From a virus (lineage: Duplodnaviria; Heunggongvirae; Uroviricota; Caudoviricetes), in IMG/VR virus record IMGVR_UViG_3300042905_002309, positions 41,278 to 105,277 of that record: DNA of 64,000 nucleotides; one strand, given 5' to 3'. Of this stretch, positions 25,680 through 35,492 are shown piece by piece. The translations under genes were made by a program, and so were the position numbers. The notes beneath the pieces are model-generated. The model was not told the origin of the DNA. It worked only from the letters and a program-made list of their open reading frames with translations, and ran no database searches. Position 1 is the first letter of the stretch; each line of letters opens with the position of its first letter.

Positions 25680-27092
25680 ATGAAAACAAACAGCAGAACA
25701 TGTAACGGCGCAAACGCATTCGAACACTCAGAAAACCATCTTTTGGAATTCTTTTCCAAGGCTGGATCATTATACACAAAGAAGGAGAGTTACTACGGTA
25801 ATGAGTCTTCTGCTTTGGAATTGTTCAAAACTGCTTGGAGAGCAGATGCTGAAAAGGCTATGAAGTTGCTTTTCTGGTTGCGTGATTGCCGTGGTGGTGC
25901 AGGTAACAGAAGTGGTACAAGAGAAATCTTAACTTGGTTGGGCAATACTCACTCAGAATGGGTAAATGCCAATATCAACCTTATCCCTAAGTATGGTCGT
26001 TGGGATGATTTAACCGCTTTGTATAACACTCCTTGTGAGAACTCAGCATTAGCTTGTTGGGAAACTGGTATCTTGGGTGATGATTCTGTTTGTGGTCTTG
26101 CTTCAAAGTGGGCTGATAGACAGGATGTAAAGCTTCGTAAGCATATGAAGCTTTCTCCAAAGGCTTTCAGAAAGCTTGTTGTACAGAAGACTAAGGTAGT
26201 TGAAACCATTATGTGTAATAACGAATGGGCTAATATCAACTATTCTACAGTTCCTTCTGTAGCTTCTGCTCGTTATAAGAACGCTTTCAAACGCCATGAT
26301 GCACAGTATGAGGAATGGGTTAAGTCTTTGACAAAAGAAGGTACTGAAACCAAGGTCAATGCTGAAACATTGATGCCTCATGATATTGTAAGAATGGTAC
26401 AGACTGACATCAATGATGCTACTACTGGTGCATTAGCTGATGCTCAGTTGAAGGCTATGCCTAATTTCATGGAAGGTACTAATTACAGAATTATGCCTAT
26501 TTGTGACTTCTCTGGTTCAATGCATGTTCAAATGTCTGGATCAATTCAGGCATATGAGGTGTCTTTGGCATTAGGGTTGTATTGTTCTGAAAAGGTTGGT
26601 TCAGAGAATCCTTTCTACCGTAAGGTGATTCCATTCTCTACCGATTCTAAGATCGAGTCTTGGAAGAATAAGTCTTTTGCACAAGCTGTAAGAGATATTC
26701 CTAACGGGTATTGTGGTGGTACGAATATTCAGAAGGCTTTGAACAAGATTCTTGAAGCAGCTACTTTATTCAATGTTACGAATGATCAGATTCCTAACGT
26801 CTTGTTAATTCTTTCTGATATGCAGTTCGATCAGGGTGTTGAAGATTGTGGTACACCTGTAAACGAATCTTTGGCTAAGTGGAAGTCTGCTGGTTATGAT
26901 ATTCCAAAGGTAATCTATTGGAATCTTGCTGGTAATGCTGGACAACCTGCTACTTGTGCAGACAAGAATGTTGCCTTGGTAAGTGGTTTCAGCCCATCAG
27001 TATTGAAGGCAGTATTGGGTGGAACAGACTTTAGCCCTATTGCCATCATGAATAGTGCAATTAGTAAATATAATGTAGTAGTTCCAAACTAA
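25680..27092 (+). CDS. DUF2828 / TROVE(Ro60)-like protein with C-terminal vWA domain
   Basis: TxNGA...LLEFF, LFWLRDxRGGxG, YGRWDDL, DFSGSM MIDAS, SDMQFD, YWNL, SGFSP. Confidence 0.85.
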   Translation: MKTNSRTCNGANAFEHSENHLLEFFSKAGSLYTKKESYYGNESSALELFKTAWRADAEKAMKLLFWLRDCRGGAGNRSGTREILTWLGNTHSEWVNANINLIPKYGRWDDLTALYNTPCENSALACWETGILGDDSVCGLASKWADRQDVKLRKHMKLSPKAFRKLVVQKTKVVETIMCNNEWANINYSTVPSVASARYKNAFKRHDAQYEEWVKSLTKEGTETKVNAETLMPHDIVRMVQTDINDATTGALADAQLKAMPNFMEGTNYRIMPICDFSGSMHVQMSGSIQAYEVSLALGLYCSEKVGSENPFYRKVIPFSTDSKIESWKNKSFAQAVRDIPNGYCGGTNIQKALNKILEAATLFNVTNDQIPNVLLILSDMQFDQGVEDCGTPVNESLAKWKSAGYDIPKVIYWNLAGNAGQPATCADKNVALVSGFSPSVLKAVLGGTDFSPIAIMNSAISKYNVVVPN

Positions 27093-27790
27093 GATTTATA
27101 TTTCACTATCTGCTTACATAATGCTATGAAGTCTGATTCATCAAGATCGGATTTCATAGCATTAATAGTTTTATGAACCCACTGTACATTGTCTTTAATA
27201 TAACCAAACTTAGAGTTTATTCTATCAAGTGATGCAGTTTGTGCTGAGTCTGTACTAAAAATTAAAGTGATTCCACTTAATGCACATAATTTGTTTTGTT
27301 TGATATATAATTCCCACATATATTTCAATGTAATATTGAACGGTATTTTTCGTTTTTTTGCATTGGCTTTAATACTCGATAGATATCTTCCGCTTATACT
27401 CTCGTAACCTTTCCAATTGGCGTTATTGTTACCAGATAATTTAATACATCCACAAGAAAGTTGTTTTCCTCGTTTTAAATTTGATGCCAATACTTTACAC
27501 TCGTTTCCACAATCACATTTACATAACCATATTCTATGTCCACTTTTATCACATCCCTCTAGACTAATAGCAGTTAAATTATCAAATTTTTTACCAGTTA
27601 AATTATCTTTTTTATTAATAACACTTTTATGTATAACTGGAACACCAATACCTTGTCTTATCTCTAACAATCTATTTCGATTCTTTTCATAATGGCATTT
27701 CTTACATATTGTACATCTCTTGTTTCTTGAGATATAATACTCGTCTTCGGATTTATCTTTACTACATTTTGAACATTTAATAACTTTCAT
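27089..27790 (-). CDS. HNH-type homing endonuclease-like protein
   Basis: LTGKKF, WLCKCDCG, SCGC, SLDRINS...NVQWV...N. Confidence 0.8.
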   Translation of the reverse strand: MKVIKCSKCSKDKSEDEYYISRNKRCTICKKCHYEKNRNRLLEIRQGIGVPVIHKSVINKKDNLTGKKFDNLTAISLEGCDKSGHRIWLCKCDCGNECKVLASNLKRGKQLSCGCIKLSGNNNANWKGYESISGRYLSSIKANAKKRKIPFNITLKYMWELYIKQNKLCALSGITLIFSTDSAQTASLDRINSKFGYIKDNVQWVHKTINAMKSDLDESDFIALCKQIVKYKS

Positions 27791-27842
27791 ATTTCATACT
27801 CCTATAATTATTTAGTAAAACGGTATATGAAATACGAAATTA

Positions 27843-27938
27843 TAAAACAAAAAACCCTCTAACCTTTCGGAAAGAGGGCTACCTTGTCGGGGTTGATATA
27901 TCGAAGAAGCGTGTGAGAGAAATCTTACACGCTTTTTT
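27843..27938 (-). repeat. 96-bp direct repeat copy 1 (two hairpins, terminator)
   Basis: Identical to 28176-28271. Confidence 0.9.
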
Positions 27939-27941
27939 GTT

Positions 27942-28145
27942 TTATTTACAATCTTCGCAATATTTTTGATTCATTGGTATTTTTGTGTTGCATCCCTTAC
28001 ATTCGTGTTTCTGATTTGGACATCCCTTTTCGTGGCAACGAACACCATTAATCATAGTTTCTTGACATTGATCACATTTTTCAGTCTTCTTTTTGGTTTC
28101 AGACATGCTCTCGTAAATTGCTTCTAGTTTTAAATCTCTATTCAT
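27942..28145 (-). CDS. Small Cys-rich zinc-binding protein
   Basis: CDQC...CHEKGC...CKGC...CEDC; lies between the direct repeats. Confidence 0.7.
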   Translation of the reverse strand: MNRDLKLEAIYESMSETKKKTEKCDQCQETMINGVRCHEKGCPNQKHECKGCNTKIPMNQKYCEDCK

Positions 28146-28175
28146 AATTATTCTCCGTTTTAATTATTTAGTATT

Positions 28176-28271
28176 TAAAACAAAAAACCCTCTAACCTTT
28201 CGGAAAGAGGGCTACCTTGTCGGGGTTGATATATCGAAGAAGCGTGTGAGAGAAATCTTACACGCTTTTTT
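28176..28271 (-). repeat. 96-bp direct repeat copy 2
   Basis: Identical to 27843-27938. Confidence 0.9.
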
Positions 28272-28743
28272 ATTTTACATGTTCAACTAATTTATACAAC
28301 CCTTCAATAGTGGTCGTGTTATAATCATATTCTTTATCAGATAATGGGGTCTGAATTGCAGTGTATATCACTGAACAACCAGCGTCTTTTGCTAATTTAT
28401 GTAATACTTCTAGATTATTTTTTATCACTTCTTTTGTACCATCAATTGTCATATTTTTACGAATACTACTAATCCCATAAGTGGCTTTTGGTTCTTGGTT
28501 AATAGTAATGCGGAGAGCACCATTATTAAATGCTTTCATATATAATTCTTCTTGTGTGAGCGTTGTTAAATCTGATCGTGATATACCAAATATTTTTGGG
28601 TGGTCTTTTAGATAACTTATATGTGAGAAATCTGGAACCTCAAGGATTTTACTAGGATAAGATATTATCCATGCATTATAACCACCAAAAGTACGTTCCT
28701 CTTTTAAAATTATATATAGATTGTAGAAAAAATTATCTCGCAT
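28270..28743 (-). CDS. Hypothetical protein
   Basis: ORF after TAAATA. Confidence 0.65.
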   Translation of the reverse strand: MRDNFFYNLYIILKEERTFGGYNAWIISYPSKILEVPDFSHISYLKDHPKIFGISRSDLTTLTQEELYMKAFNNGALRITINQEPKATYGISSIRKNMTIDGTKEVIKNNLEVLHKLAKDAGCSVIYTAIQTPLSDKEYDYNTTTIEGLYKLVEHVK

Positions 28744-28848
28744 ATGATTATTTAGTATATAAACGAAAAAAAAACCCGACTCCTTGCGGAATCGGGCTAC
28801 CTTGTCGGGTATCTGAAATTGTCTTCGTATACAACTATTTAGTAATTC

Positions 28849-31299
28849 TTATGAACACTTTGAGTTTCCACAATTCTTACAAATCTTGCAACCATCTTCA
28901 AAAACCAATTTAGAACCACATTTCTCACAATTACCACCAATTGTGCCATCTTTAATATACTTTTTTAATGCTCGTGCAATAGACTTACCAAAGCTGAACA
29001 TATCACCTTCCGTCTTCAATAATTGGTCTACAGTATATTGAAGAGGAACATGATGGCGAAGAGATAGTGATGTAAAACGAGTAAGCATATCTTCCTCTTC
29101 TGTTGTATTCTTGGTAATATCTTTAATTTCGCTACCATCTTCAAATATCAAATGATATCGCCCTTGGGTTTCACGTATAATCTTGCCTGTGGTTAATTTT
29201 TTGTCATATTTACCATTTTCGATAGCAAAACATTCATATGGTACTCCTTCATCAAAACCAATCATAACCATATATTCGAATGTACGCACCTTATCTAATT
29301 TCTTTGTAACCTTAATGTGGTGGATTTCACATGGAACAATTTTGGGGCGTTTCTTTGCTTCGTTCTTTTTAACTTCTTTATTACCAGTGTCATTTTCGTT
29401 TACCAACACACCTGAACGACTTCCATCACGGTAGAACGTCATACCCTTACATCCACCCTTCCAAGCTTTCATGTAAAGTTTTTCCACCATGTCCATACTC
29501 ACAGATTTAGGGGCATTTGCTGTCTTTGAAACTGAATGTGAAATCCATTTCTGTACACTAGATTGAAGATCAATTGAGGATTCCAAATCGATGTCTTTAA
29601 CAGTAGAACCATGATAAGGTGACTTGGTAATATCCTTTGTAGGATTACTTTTAATCCACTTATTTAATCCTGTGTGATACATGATAAATTCCTGCCATCT
29701 ATCACCCATATCGTCAACGAAATCGACCTTAACTGTGCTATTCGTAGCATTGATTTTCTTTCTACGTTTGTAAGACAATTCAAACACAGGTTCAATACCA
29801 GAAGAAGTCTGTGTCAAGATTGAAACACTTCCTGTTGGTGAGCAAGTTGTAGGAGAAATATTTCTTCTACCGTACTTTGAGTGTAAATCTGCTACCTCTG
29901 GTGAAGCTTCAAAAATACGAGTGAGTAATGGAGAAGGATTATTATATTCAAGATCATGATTATAAAGAGGAAATGCACCCAATTCCTTCGCCATCTCACA
30001 AGATGATTTCATACTCGAAACCGCTAAACCCTTGAATACAGTATCAGTGATAGCCAATGATTCTTTTGAACCATACTTACATCCCATAGAAGCAAATACA
30101 TCAGCTAAAGCCGTTACACCAAGACCAGTTCTGCGACCTTTGATACAAGAATCTTTTATATTCAACCATGTATCCAATTCAATCTGTTTAATTTTATCTG
30201 TCTCTTTATCAGATTTAATTTTATTGATAATTTCATCCAAGCATTCAAGTTCTAAATCAATAAGATCATCCATTAAACGTTGACCCATTTCAACCATCTT
30301 ACCAAACTTACCATAGTTGAAAAATGCTGTATCGGTAAACGGATGTTCAACAAAACTGATGAGATTTACAACAATCAAACGACAAGAATCAACTCCCATT
30401 ACAATTTCACCACAAGGATTCGTTGTTCGATCATAGAAATTATTATCAATGGCTCCATAGCGATTTGATAAGCTATTATTAATCATTGTATCCCAAAACA
30501 TACAACCGGGTTCTCCATTGTTGAAATTTGCTTCCATCATTAATTTCCAGATTGAACGAGCGTTCACTTTCTTAGAAATTTCTTTCTTTCCTGTCATAGG
30601 CCAGAATTGTTCATAATCAGTATTAGCTTCAACAGCCTTCAAGAAATCATCTGTAAATCTTACTGAAATATTTGCACCAGTTACACGTTTCTTATCAGCT
30701 TTCATCAAGATAAATTTCTCAATTTCAGGATGATGTACTGACATAGATAATAACAATGCACCACGACGACCACCTTGTGCAATTCCTCTAACAGTTTCAC
30801 TAAATTTATCTGCGAATACACTGAATCCGTCTGTAGTACGTGCAGCATTTTCAACATGCATACCAGATGGACGAATATTGCTGATATCTACACCTACACC
30901 TGCTCTACGTTTCATAAGTTGAGCCATAACTTGATCCGTATAACATACACCACCAATTGAATCTACAACATTATCAATTACATAACAATTACCAAGGGTT
31001 TGTTTCTGATGTTTATTACCAATTCCAGACATTGGTGAACCTTGTGGGACGATGTATTTAAATTTATCAAATGCATCAAAGATTTCTTTTTCTGTGAGGG
31101 GTTTCTTAAATTTCTTTTTCTCAATTCGTGCAAATTCTTTTGCCATGCGCCAATGCATATCTTCTGGTGTCTTTTCGATTAGATTATCATCTTTATCACG
31201 TAGTGCGTATTTTTCAATCCAGACGCTAGAGGCGAGTTCGTCACCATTAAAATATTTTAAGCATTCAATCATAGATTCTTCTTGTGTATATTTCTTCAT
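28849..31299 (-). CDS. nrdJ: Class II (adenosylcobalamin-dependent) ribonucleotide reductase
   Basis: KYALRD, PQGSPM, NCYV, QGGRRGAL, TNPCGE, PTGSVS, YRDGSR, C-terminal CxxC pair; no beta subunit adjacent. Confidence 0.9.
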   Translation of the reverse strand: MKKYTQEESMIECLKYFNGDELASSVWIEKYALRDKDDNLIEKTPEDMHWRMAKEFARIEKKKFKKPLTEKEIFDAFDKFKYIVPQGSPMSGIGNKHQKQTLGNCYVIDNVVDSIGGVCYTDQVMAQLMKRRAGVGVDISNIRPSGMHVENAARTTDGFSVFADKFSETVRGIAQGGRRGALLLSMSVHHPEIEKFILMKADKKRVTGANISVRFTDDFLKAVEANTDYEQFWPMTGKKEISKKVNARSIWKLMMEANFNNGEPGCMFWDTMINNSLSNRYGAIDNNFYDRTTNPCGEIVMGVDSCRLIVVNLISFVEHPFTDTAFFNYGKFGKMVEMGQRLMDDLIDLELECLDEIINKIKSDKETDKIKQIELDTWLNIKDSCIKGRRTGLGVTALADVFASMGCKYGSKESLAITDTVFKGLAVSSMKSSCEMAKELGAFPLYNHDLEYNNPSPLLTRIFEASPEVADLHSKYGRRNISPTTCSPTGSVSILTQTSSGIEPVFELSYKRRKKINATNSTVKVDFVDDMGDRWQEFIMYHTGLNKWIKSNPTKDITKSPYHGSTVKDIDLESSIDLQSSVQKWISHSVSKTANAPKSVSMDMVEKLYMKAWKGGCKGMTFYRDGSRSGVLVNENDTGNKEVKKNEAKKRPKIVPCEIHHIKVTKKLDKVRTFEYMVMIGFDEGVPYECFAIENGKYDKKLTTGKIIRETQGRYHLIFEDGSEIKDITKNTTEEEDMLTRFTSLSLRHHVPLQYTVDQLLKTEGDMFSFGKSIARALKKYIKDGTIGGNCEKCGSKLVFEDGCKICKNCGNSKCS

Positions 31300-31495
31300 T
31301 AATTTCTCCTAAAGTGTTCAAGTATTTATACCAATAAGTGTGTTTTACTATAGGTACTTTGGTATGTAGTCGTAACCTCTTATGTTTGTTCAGTTTATAT
31401 GTTTATTATATAATTTATTCTTATTACCCTTACAGTATAGCATTTTCTCAAGATTATTCAACTCTTTTGATAAATACTTAAAAAGGATTTCATTT

Positions 31496-32857
31496 ATGGC
31501 TAAATTTACAAATATTAATAATGCAACCATCGTACAAACTACAACAGCCGATGGATTTTGGCTACCAACTAAAATAAATACTCGTCAGGTTGGATTACAA
31601 GTTTACAGTTTTGATGACCCCGCTTTGGATATTATACCACCATCACCCGGTTTTGTAATAAATGATGCACATATCTATCAATCTTCTACTTTAGTTCCTA
31701 ATGCTACTTCCTATGGTGTAGCTGTAGCATTTACTGTTAATGGTAGTGCTGTTGCTGTACCTTTATATCAAATTGAACAGAATAGTGAAATATATCCTTT
31801 ATTAGACTTTAAAACTCCTACATTGGTTGGTGGATTAACTTCAACTGGATCATTTATGGTAATGGGTATTGATAATGTTAATTATGGACTTTCTTTGTAT
31901 AATTATGGTCAACTATTAAATCAACAAAATAATACTTTCAGTGATATTACTACTGGAATAACTACTAATACTATTGTTGATGTGGGTAAACCTACCTTTG
32001 ATATCACTACTGAGAGTGGTTCTACATATCTTAATCCTAAAATTGAAGCTTATAGTGACTTATTGGAACGTATCAAACGTCTTCTTGGTTGGCCTTCTAT
32101 CAATATTGATTTATGTGATGAAAATATTGCTGCATTTATTGATAACGCCATTGAATTATATACAAAATATGCTGGTTACTCAGAAGAGTTTATGATTTTC
32201 AATACCAATATTTACAAACGAGGTATTGGTATTAAACTTGATGATATTTTCTCATTCACTCCTGAATTAAATGAGAAGACTAGTAATAATGCTAAAATCG
32301 GTTTTGATTATGATATGAAAGATTATCGTAAAGTACTTGATGTCTGGTCTTTCGAACAAGGTGAATCAACTGGTATTAATACTTTATTCACGATGGAACA
32401 AGCGATGGTACAACAAGTTTATTACGGAAATCTTTTAGGTAGTATGGGATTTGATTTGGTTACGTGGCATATTACTAAAGAATGGCTTGAAACTAGAGAG
32501 AAAGTATTGGCGCAAAAACCGTATATCAGATTTAATGCTCGTTCACAATATATGACCATTCTTCCAGAACCAATGCCTAACCAGAACTATTTTGGTTGTA
32601 TTGGTGCTAATGTAGAAAAACCTGTTCGTGATTTAATTTCAGAACCTTGGGTTGTATTCTATGTACAAGCTCTTTCAAAAATTGCTATCGGTAATCTTAG
32701 AACTAAGTTCCAAGGTCAGGTATTATTCGGTGGTGGTACAGTTAATGGTACAGATTTATTAGGTCAAGGTCTTAAAGAAAAAGAAGAACTTGAAAAACAA
32801 TTATTAACTGGTAGTGGATTTGTTGATGTAACACCTATTAGATTCTTCATGGGGTAA
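31496..32857 (+). CDS. Neck protein gp13-like with N-terminal extension
   Basis: IKRLLGWPSINID, KFQGQVLFGGGTVNG, C-terminal PIRFFMG. Confidence 0.8.
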   Translation: MAKFTNINNATIVQTTTADGFWLPTKINTRQVGLQVYSFDDPALDIIPPSPGFVINDAHIYQSSTLVPNATSYGVAVAFTVNGSAVAVPLYQIEQNSEIYPLLDFKTPTLVGGLTSTGSFMVMGIDNVNYGLSLYNYGQLLNQQNNTFSDITTGITTNTIVDVGKPTFDITTESGSTYLNPKIEAYSDLLERIKRLLGWPSINIDLCDENIAAFIDNAIELYTKYAGYSEEFMIFNTNIYKRGIGIKLDDIFSFTPELNEKTSNNAKIGFDYDMKDYRKVLDVWSFEQGESTGINTLFTMEQAMVQQVYYGNLLGSMGFDLVTWHITKEWLETREKVLAQKPYIRFNARSQYMTILPEPMPNQNYFGCIGANVEKPVRDLISEPWVVFYVQALSKIAIGNLRTKFQGQVLFGGGTVNGTDLLGQGLKEKEELEKQLLTGSGFVDVTPIRFFMG

Positions 32858-32860
32858 AAA

Positions 32861-33706
32861 ATGAAATGTAATGGAACTAAACCAAGATTTGTAAATAAAA
32901 ACACAAATGCCAATGAACGTAAGCTTATAGCCCAATGGTGGGAAGAAGCTACGCAATTATATGGAACCTCTGTATCCTATTTTACCAATCTTTACAGTTT
33001 AACTTCACATGATTTCTTATACGGTGAGAATCCTACTAAGGGATTTTCTTCACCTACCGAAATGATTGTATTAGCTCAAATGAATAACGATTCTCTTTTA
33101 TTGAGTAAGTTTGGTATTCAAGCACAGGGTGAATTGACAATTGTAATTCCCATCTCTCAATTCTCTACAGATATGAAGAATCCACGAGCAGAACCAAAAA
33201 GTGGTGATTTAATTCGTCTTGATGAGGTTGGTTGGGATCGTCCAAATGGTGGGGGTTATCCAAATTCTTATCCTGATACACAATTAACAGGATTAAGTTC
33301 AATCGATTTCTGTACTATGAGCGATCCTGATGGTAATAAAACATTAAATAGTGGTTATGTTAGCGGTGGTGGTTATAATCCTATCGATAGCTGGTTACGT
33401 GGACCAAATGTTTACGAAATTACCGAAAGAAGAGATGAAAATATACCCGGGCAGATTAATCCTTTAATGGCTCATATCGTTTGGTATATTACTTGCAAGA
33501 GATTTGATTATTCTTACGAACCAAATGCTCCTATGGAAGCTGGTTCAAGTCAGGTTTCGGATTCGTCTATGTATGGTAAATTAAGTGGTGGTACGCCTAC
33601 TGCGGAACCACCTAAACCTTATACGCAAAATGATGAACTTGCTGCGAAACTCTCATGGGATTATACGCAACACGGCAATCTCGATTCTGTATACGGTAAA
33701 TATTAA
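32861..33706 (+). CDS. Neck protein gp14-like
   Basis: LYGE, SKFGIQ, EPKSGDLI, YEIT, FDYSYE. Confidence 0.8.
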   Translation: MKCNGTKPRFVNKNTNANERKLIAQWWEEATQLYGTSVSYFTNLYSLTSHDFLYGENPTKGFSSPTEMIVLAQMNNDSLLLSKFGIQAQGELTIVIPISQFSTDMKNPRAEPKSGDLIRLDEVGWDRPNGGGYPNSYPDTQLTGLSSIDFCTMSDPDGNKTLNSGYVSGGGYNPIDSWLRGPNVYEITERRDENIPGQINPLMAHIVWYITCKRFDYSYEPNAPMEAGSSQVSDSSMYGKLSGGTPTAEPPKPYTQNDELAAKLSWDYTQHGNLDSVYGKY

Positions 33707-33975
33707 ATCTTAACATCGTTACGATACCATAGTAACTCAGGTCCAATTGATGTTTGTTGCCAATCCTCAATTACAATTAAATCTTGATGTACTTCTGTAT
33801 GACAATCTGCACAAATATAACAAAGATTCCATTTAGCATTAGCATCAGGTATTTTTCGACCATGTATATGATGTTCTTCTAAAATTTTCTTTTCTTCACA
33901 AAGATCACAAGGTTTGGTTTTGGAGCGTTTAATTTTTTGTAAACTTTTACGGGTTAAATCTGATTTTTTTCTCAT
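33703..33975 (-). CDS. Small HNH nuclease
   Basis: CDLC...EHHI...NL..ICADCHTEVH. Confidence 0.75.
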   Translation of the reverse strand: MRKKSDLTRKSLQKIKRSKTKPCDLCEEKKILEEHHIHGRKIPDANAKWNLCYICADCHTEVHQDLIVIEDWQQTSIGPELLWYRNDVKI

Positions 33976-34040
33976 ATAACTATTTATAATTTACCATATT
34001 CATTTACAATTTCAATAAATAATTATACAGAGGTAATATT

Positions 34041-34244
34041 ATGCCATTTATAACTAAAAACATTGACGGTAAAAGTGAAGTACAAGTTCGTGCGATATTA
34101 GCAGGATTGTTCTCATTAGCTATTATTGCTGGTTTCTTCTGTGCTTTAATCACTGCGGATTCATTTATGGGTATTGCTACAATGGCTATTACCTATTATT
34201 TTGCAAAAAGAAATACTGAGGAAGGTAAAACAATCAATAAATAA
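34041..34244 (+). CDS. Small two-TM membrane protein (holin-like)
   Basis: Two hydrophobic helices, YYF then basic tail; GAGG RBS. Confidence 0.6.
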   Translation: MPFITKNIDGKSEVQVRAILAGLFSLAIIAGFFCALITADSFMGIATMAITYYFAKRNTEEGKTINK

Positions 34245-34914
34245 AATTGGTCTTTTCTGGTACTTTATCGCCTTTAGATAGATTTTCACGTACTAATAAT
34301 GGTTGAAGATTTCCCCAATGATTAGCTATCTTCTGATTGGTTTGGTCTATTAAATCATTATCCGCAAAGAACTGTAATGGTATTATATGATCTACATGCC
34401 ATACTTTACCATAATTTTCTCTTGTCATTCCATCACGAAATTGTTTTTCTAAATGATTCCATACTTCTTCTATCGTACAACAAAAGGATTCTATTGTTGA
34501 TGTGTATTTAGAATTATTTTTTAATGCTTTATTACGTCTTCGTCTTAAATTATGTAATAACTTATAATTAGAATCAGTTTTTAATCTTGTTTTAACATAT
34601 GAATTATCACGAGTCTGTTTTATGGTTCTATTTTCTTTGTTATATTTCTTTACGTAATTTTTAATATGTAATCTATGTATTTCATTATTATCATATTTAT
34701 CTTTTCGTTTTTCTTTTATTACTGTTTTATTTAAAACTCTATACTGACGAAGATAATCAATATTTTCAGTTCTATGTAGTAATCTATACTGTTTATTACA
34801 AAGTTTACAGTTGTTCTGGTGTCCGTCTAACGCTTTAGTGTATTTTGAGAAATCGTCTATAGATTTAATCTCATTACATTTAAAACATTTTTTGGTATCA
34901 TTTTGACTTGTCAT
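34234..34914 (-). CDS. Free-standing HNH endonuclease (paralog of 18510 and 37466)
   Basis: CFKC...CKLC; HLEKQFRDGM, WHVDHIIP, NHWGNLQPL. Confidence 0.85.
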   Translation of the reverse strand: MTSQNDTKKCFKCNEIKSIDDFSKYTKALDGHQNNCKLCNKQYRLLHRTENIDYLRQYRVLNKTVIKEKRKDKYDNNEIHRLHIKNYVKKYNKENRTIKQTRDNSYVKTRLKTDSNYKLLHNLRRRRNKALKNNSKYTSTIESFCCTIEEVWNHLEKQFRDGMTRENYGKVWHVDHIIPLQFFADNDLIDQTNQKIANHWGNLQPLLVRENLSKGDKVPEKTNFIY

Positions 34915-34929
34915 TTAAACTCACCTTTA

Positions 34930-35023
34930 TAAATATTGATGTACAGGACAGCTATACTCACCTGTAGTTTCTATAAACAAACCACTGTTTATAGATTACT
35001 GTATCTCTTCTTTTAATTATTTA
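34930..35023 (-). ncRNA. Three-way-junction leader RNA, copy 3
   Basis: TACAG-TAAT-CTATAAACA/TGTTTATAG-AAA-CTA...TAG-CTGTC-CTGTA. Confidence 0.7.
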
Positions 35024-35028
35024 GTATA

Positions 35029-35484
35029 TTAACATTTAATACCTAATTCTTTTTCGGTAATTATGGTAAACTTCATATTATGCTTCGCTGCATACTGTTT
35101 AGCTGCATCCCATTTACTACTATTGATAGCATATTCTTCCATTTCATACATTAATGTCTTTGGGGCTTTTCTTTTACTTGGTAAAGGTTGTTTCAATTTC
35201 TTTGCTGGTTTGTATTCAATGATGTATTTTTCTAAAGTACCTGTAGGTGTTCTTAAAATACAATTAAAATCTATAAAATATCTATGAACTTTTCCGTCAG
35301 TCGGTTTCAAATAAGGTATAACTACACTTTCAGACCCCCATTCAATGATATTTGGATTTAAATCTAACCATCTGCATAATAAAAACTCAGGATGTGAGCG
35401 ATAACACAAAGGCATCGACCCCTTATACTTCGATGTATTCTTTAAGGGATAGATGCCTTGTGAATAATATATGTCTTTAGCCAT
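35029..35484 (-). CDS. gp4: Head completion nuclease (gp4-like)
   Basis: KYKG, YRS, WGSE..VIPY, HRYFIDF, IEYKP, KWDAA, ITEKEL. Confidence 0.9.
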   Translation of the reverse strand: MAKDIYYSQGIYPLKNTSKYKGSMPLCYRSHPEFLLCRWLDLNPNIIEWGSESVVIPYLKPTDGKVHRYFIDFNCILRTPTGTLEKYIIEYKPAKKLKQPLPSKRKAPKTLMYEMEEYAINSSKWDAAKQYAAKHNMKFTIITEKELGIKC

Positions 35485-35492
35485 ATATCACG

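Noticed and set aside
27843-28809. CRISPR array
   Set aside because: Only two 96-bp copies and a partial third, separated by whole genes; no cas genes.
28849-31299. Intein or intron in nrdJ (also considered for gp23, gp20 and uvsW)
   Set aside because: Continuous ORFs of roughly normal length with no intein splice motifs.
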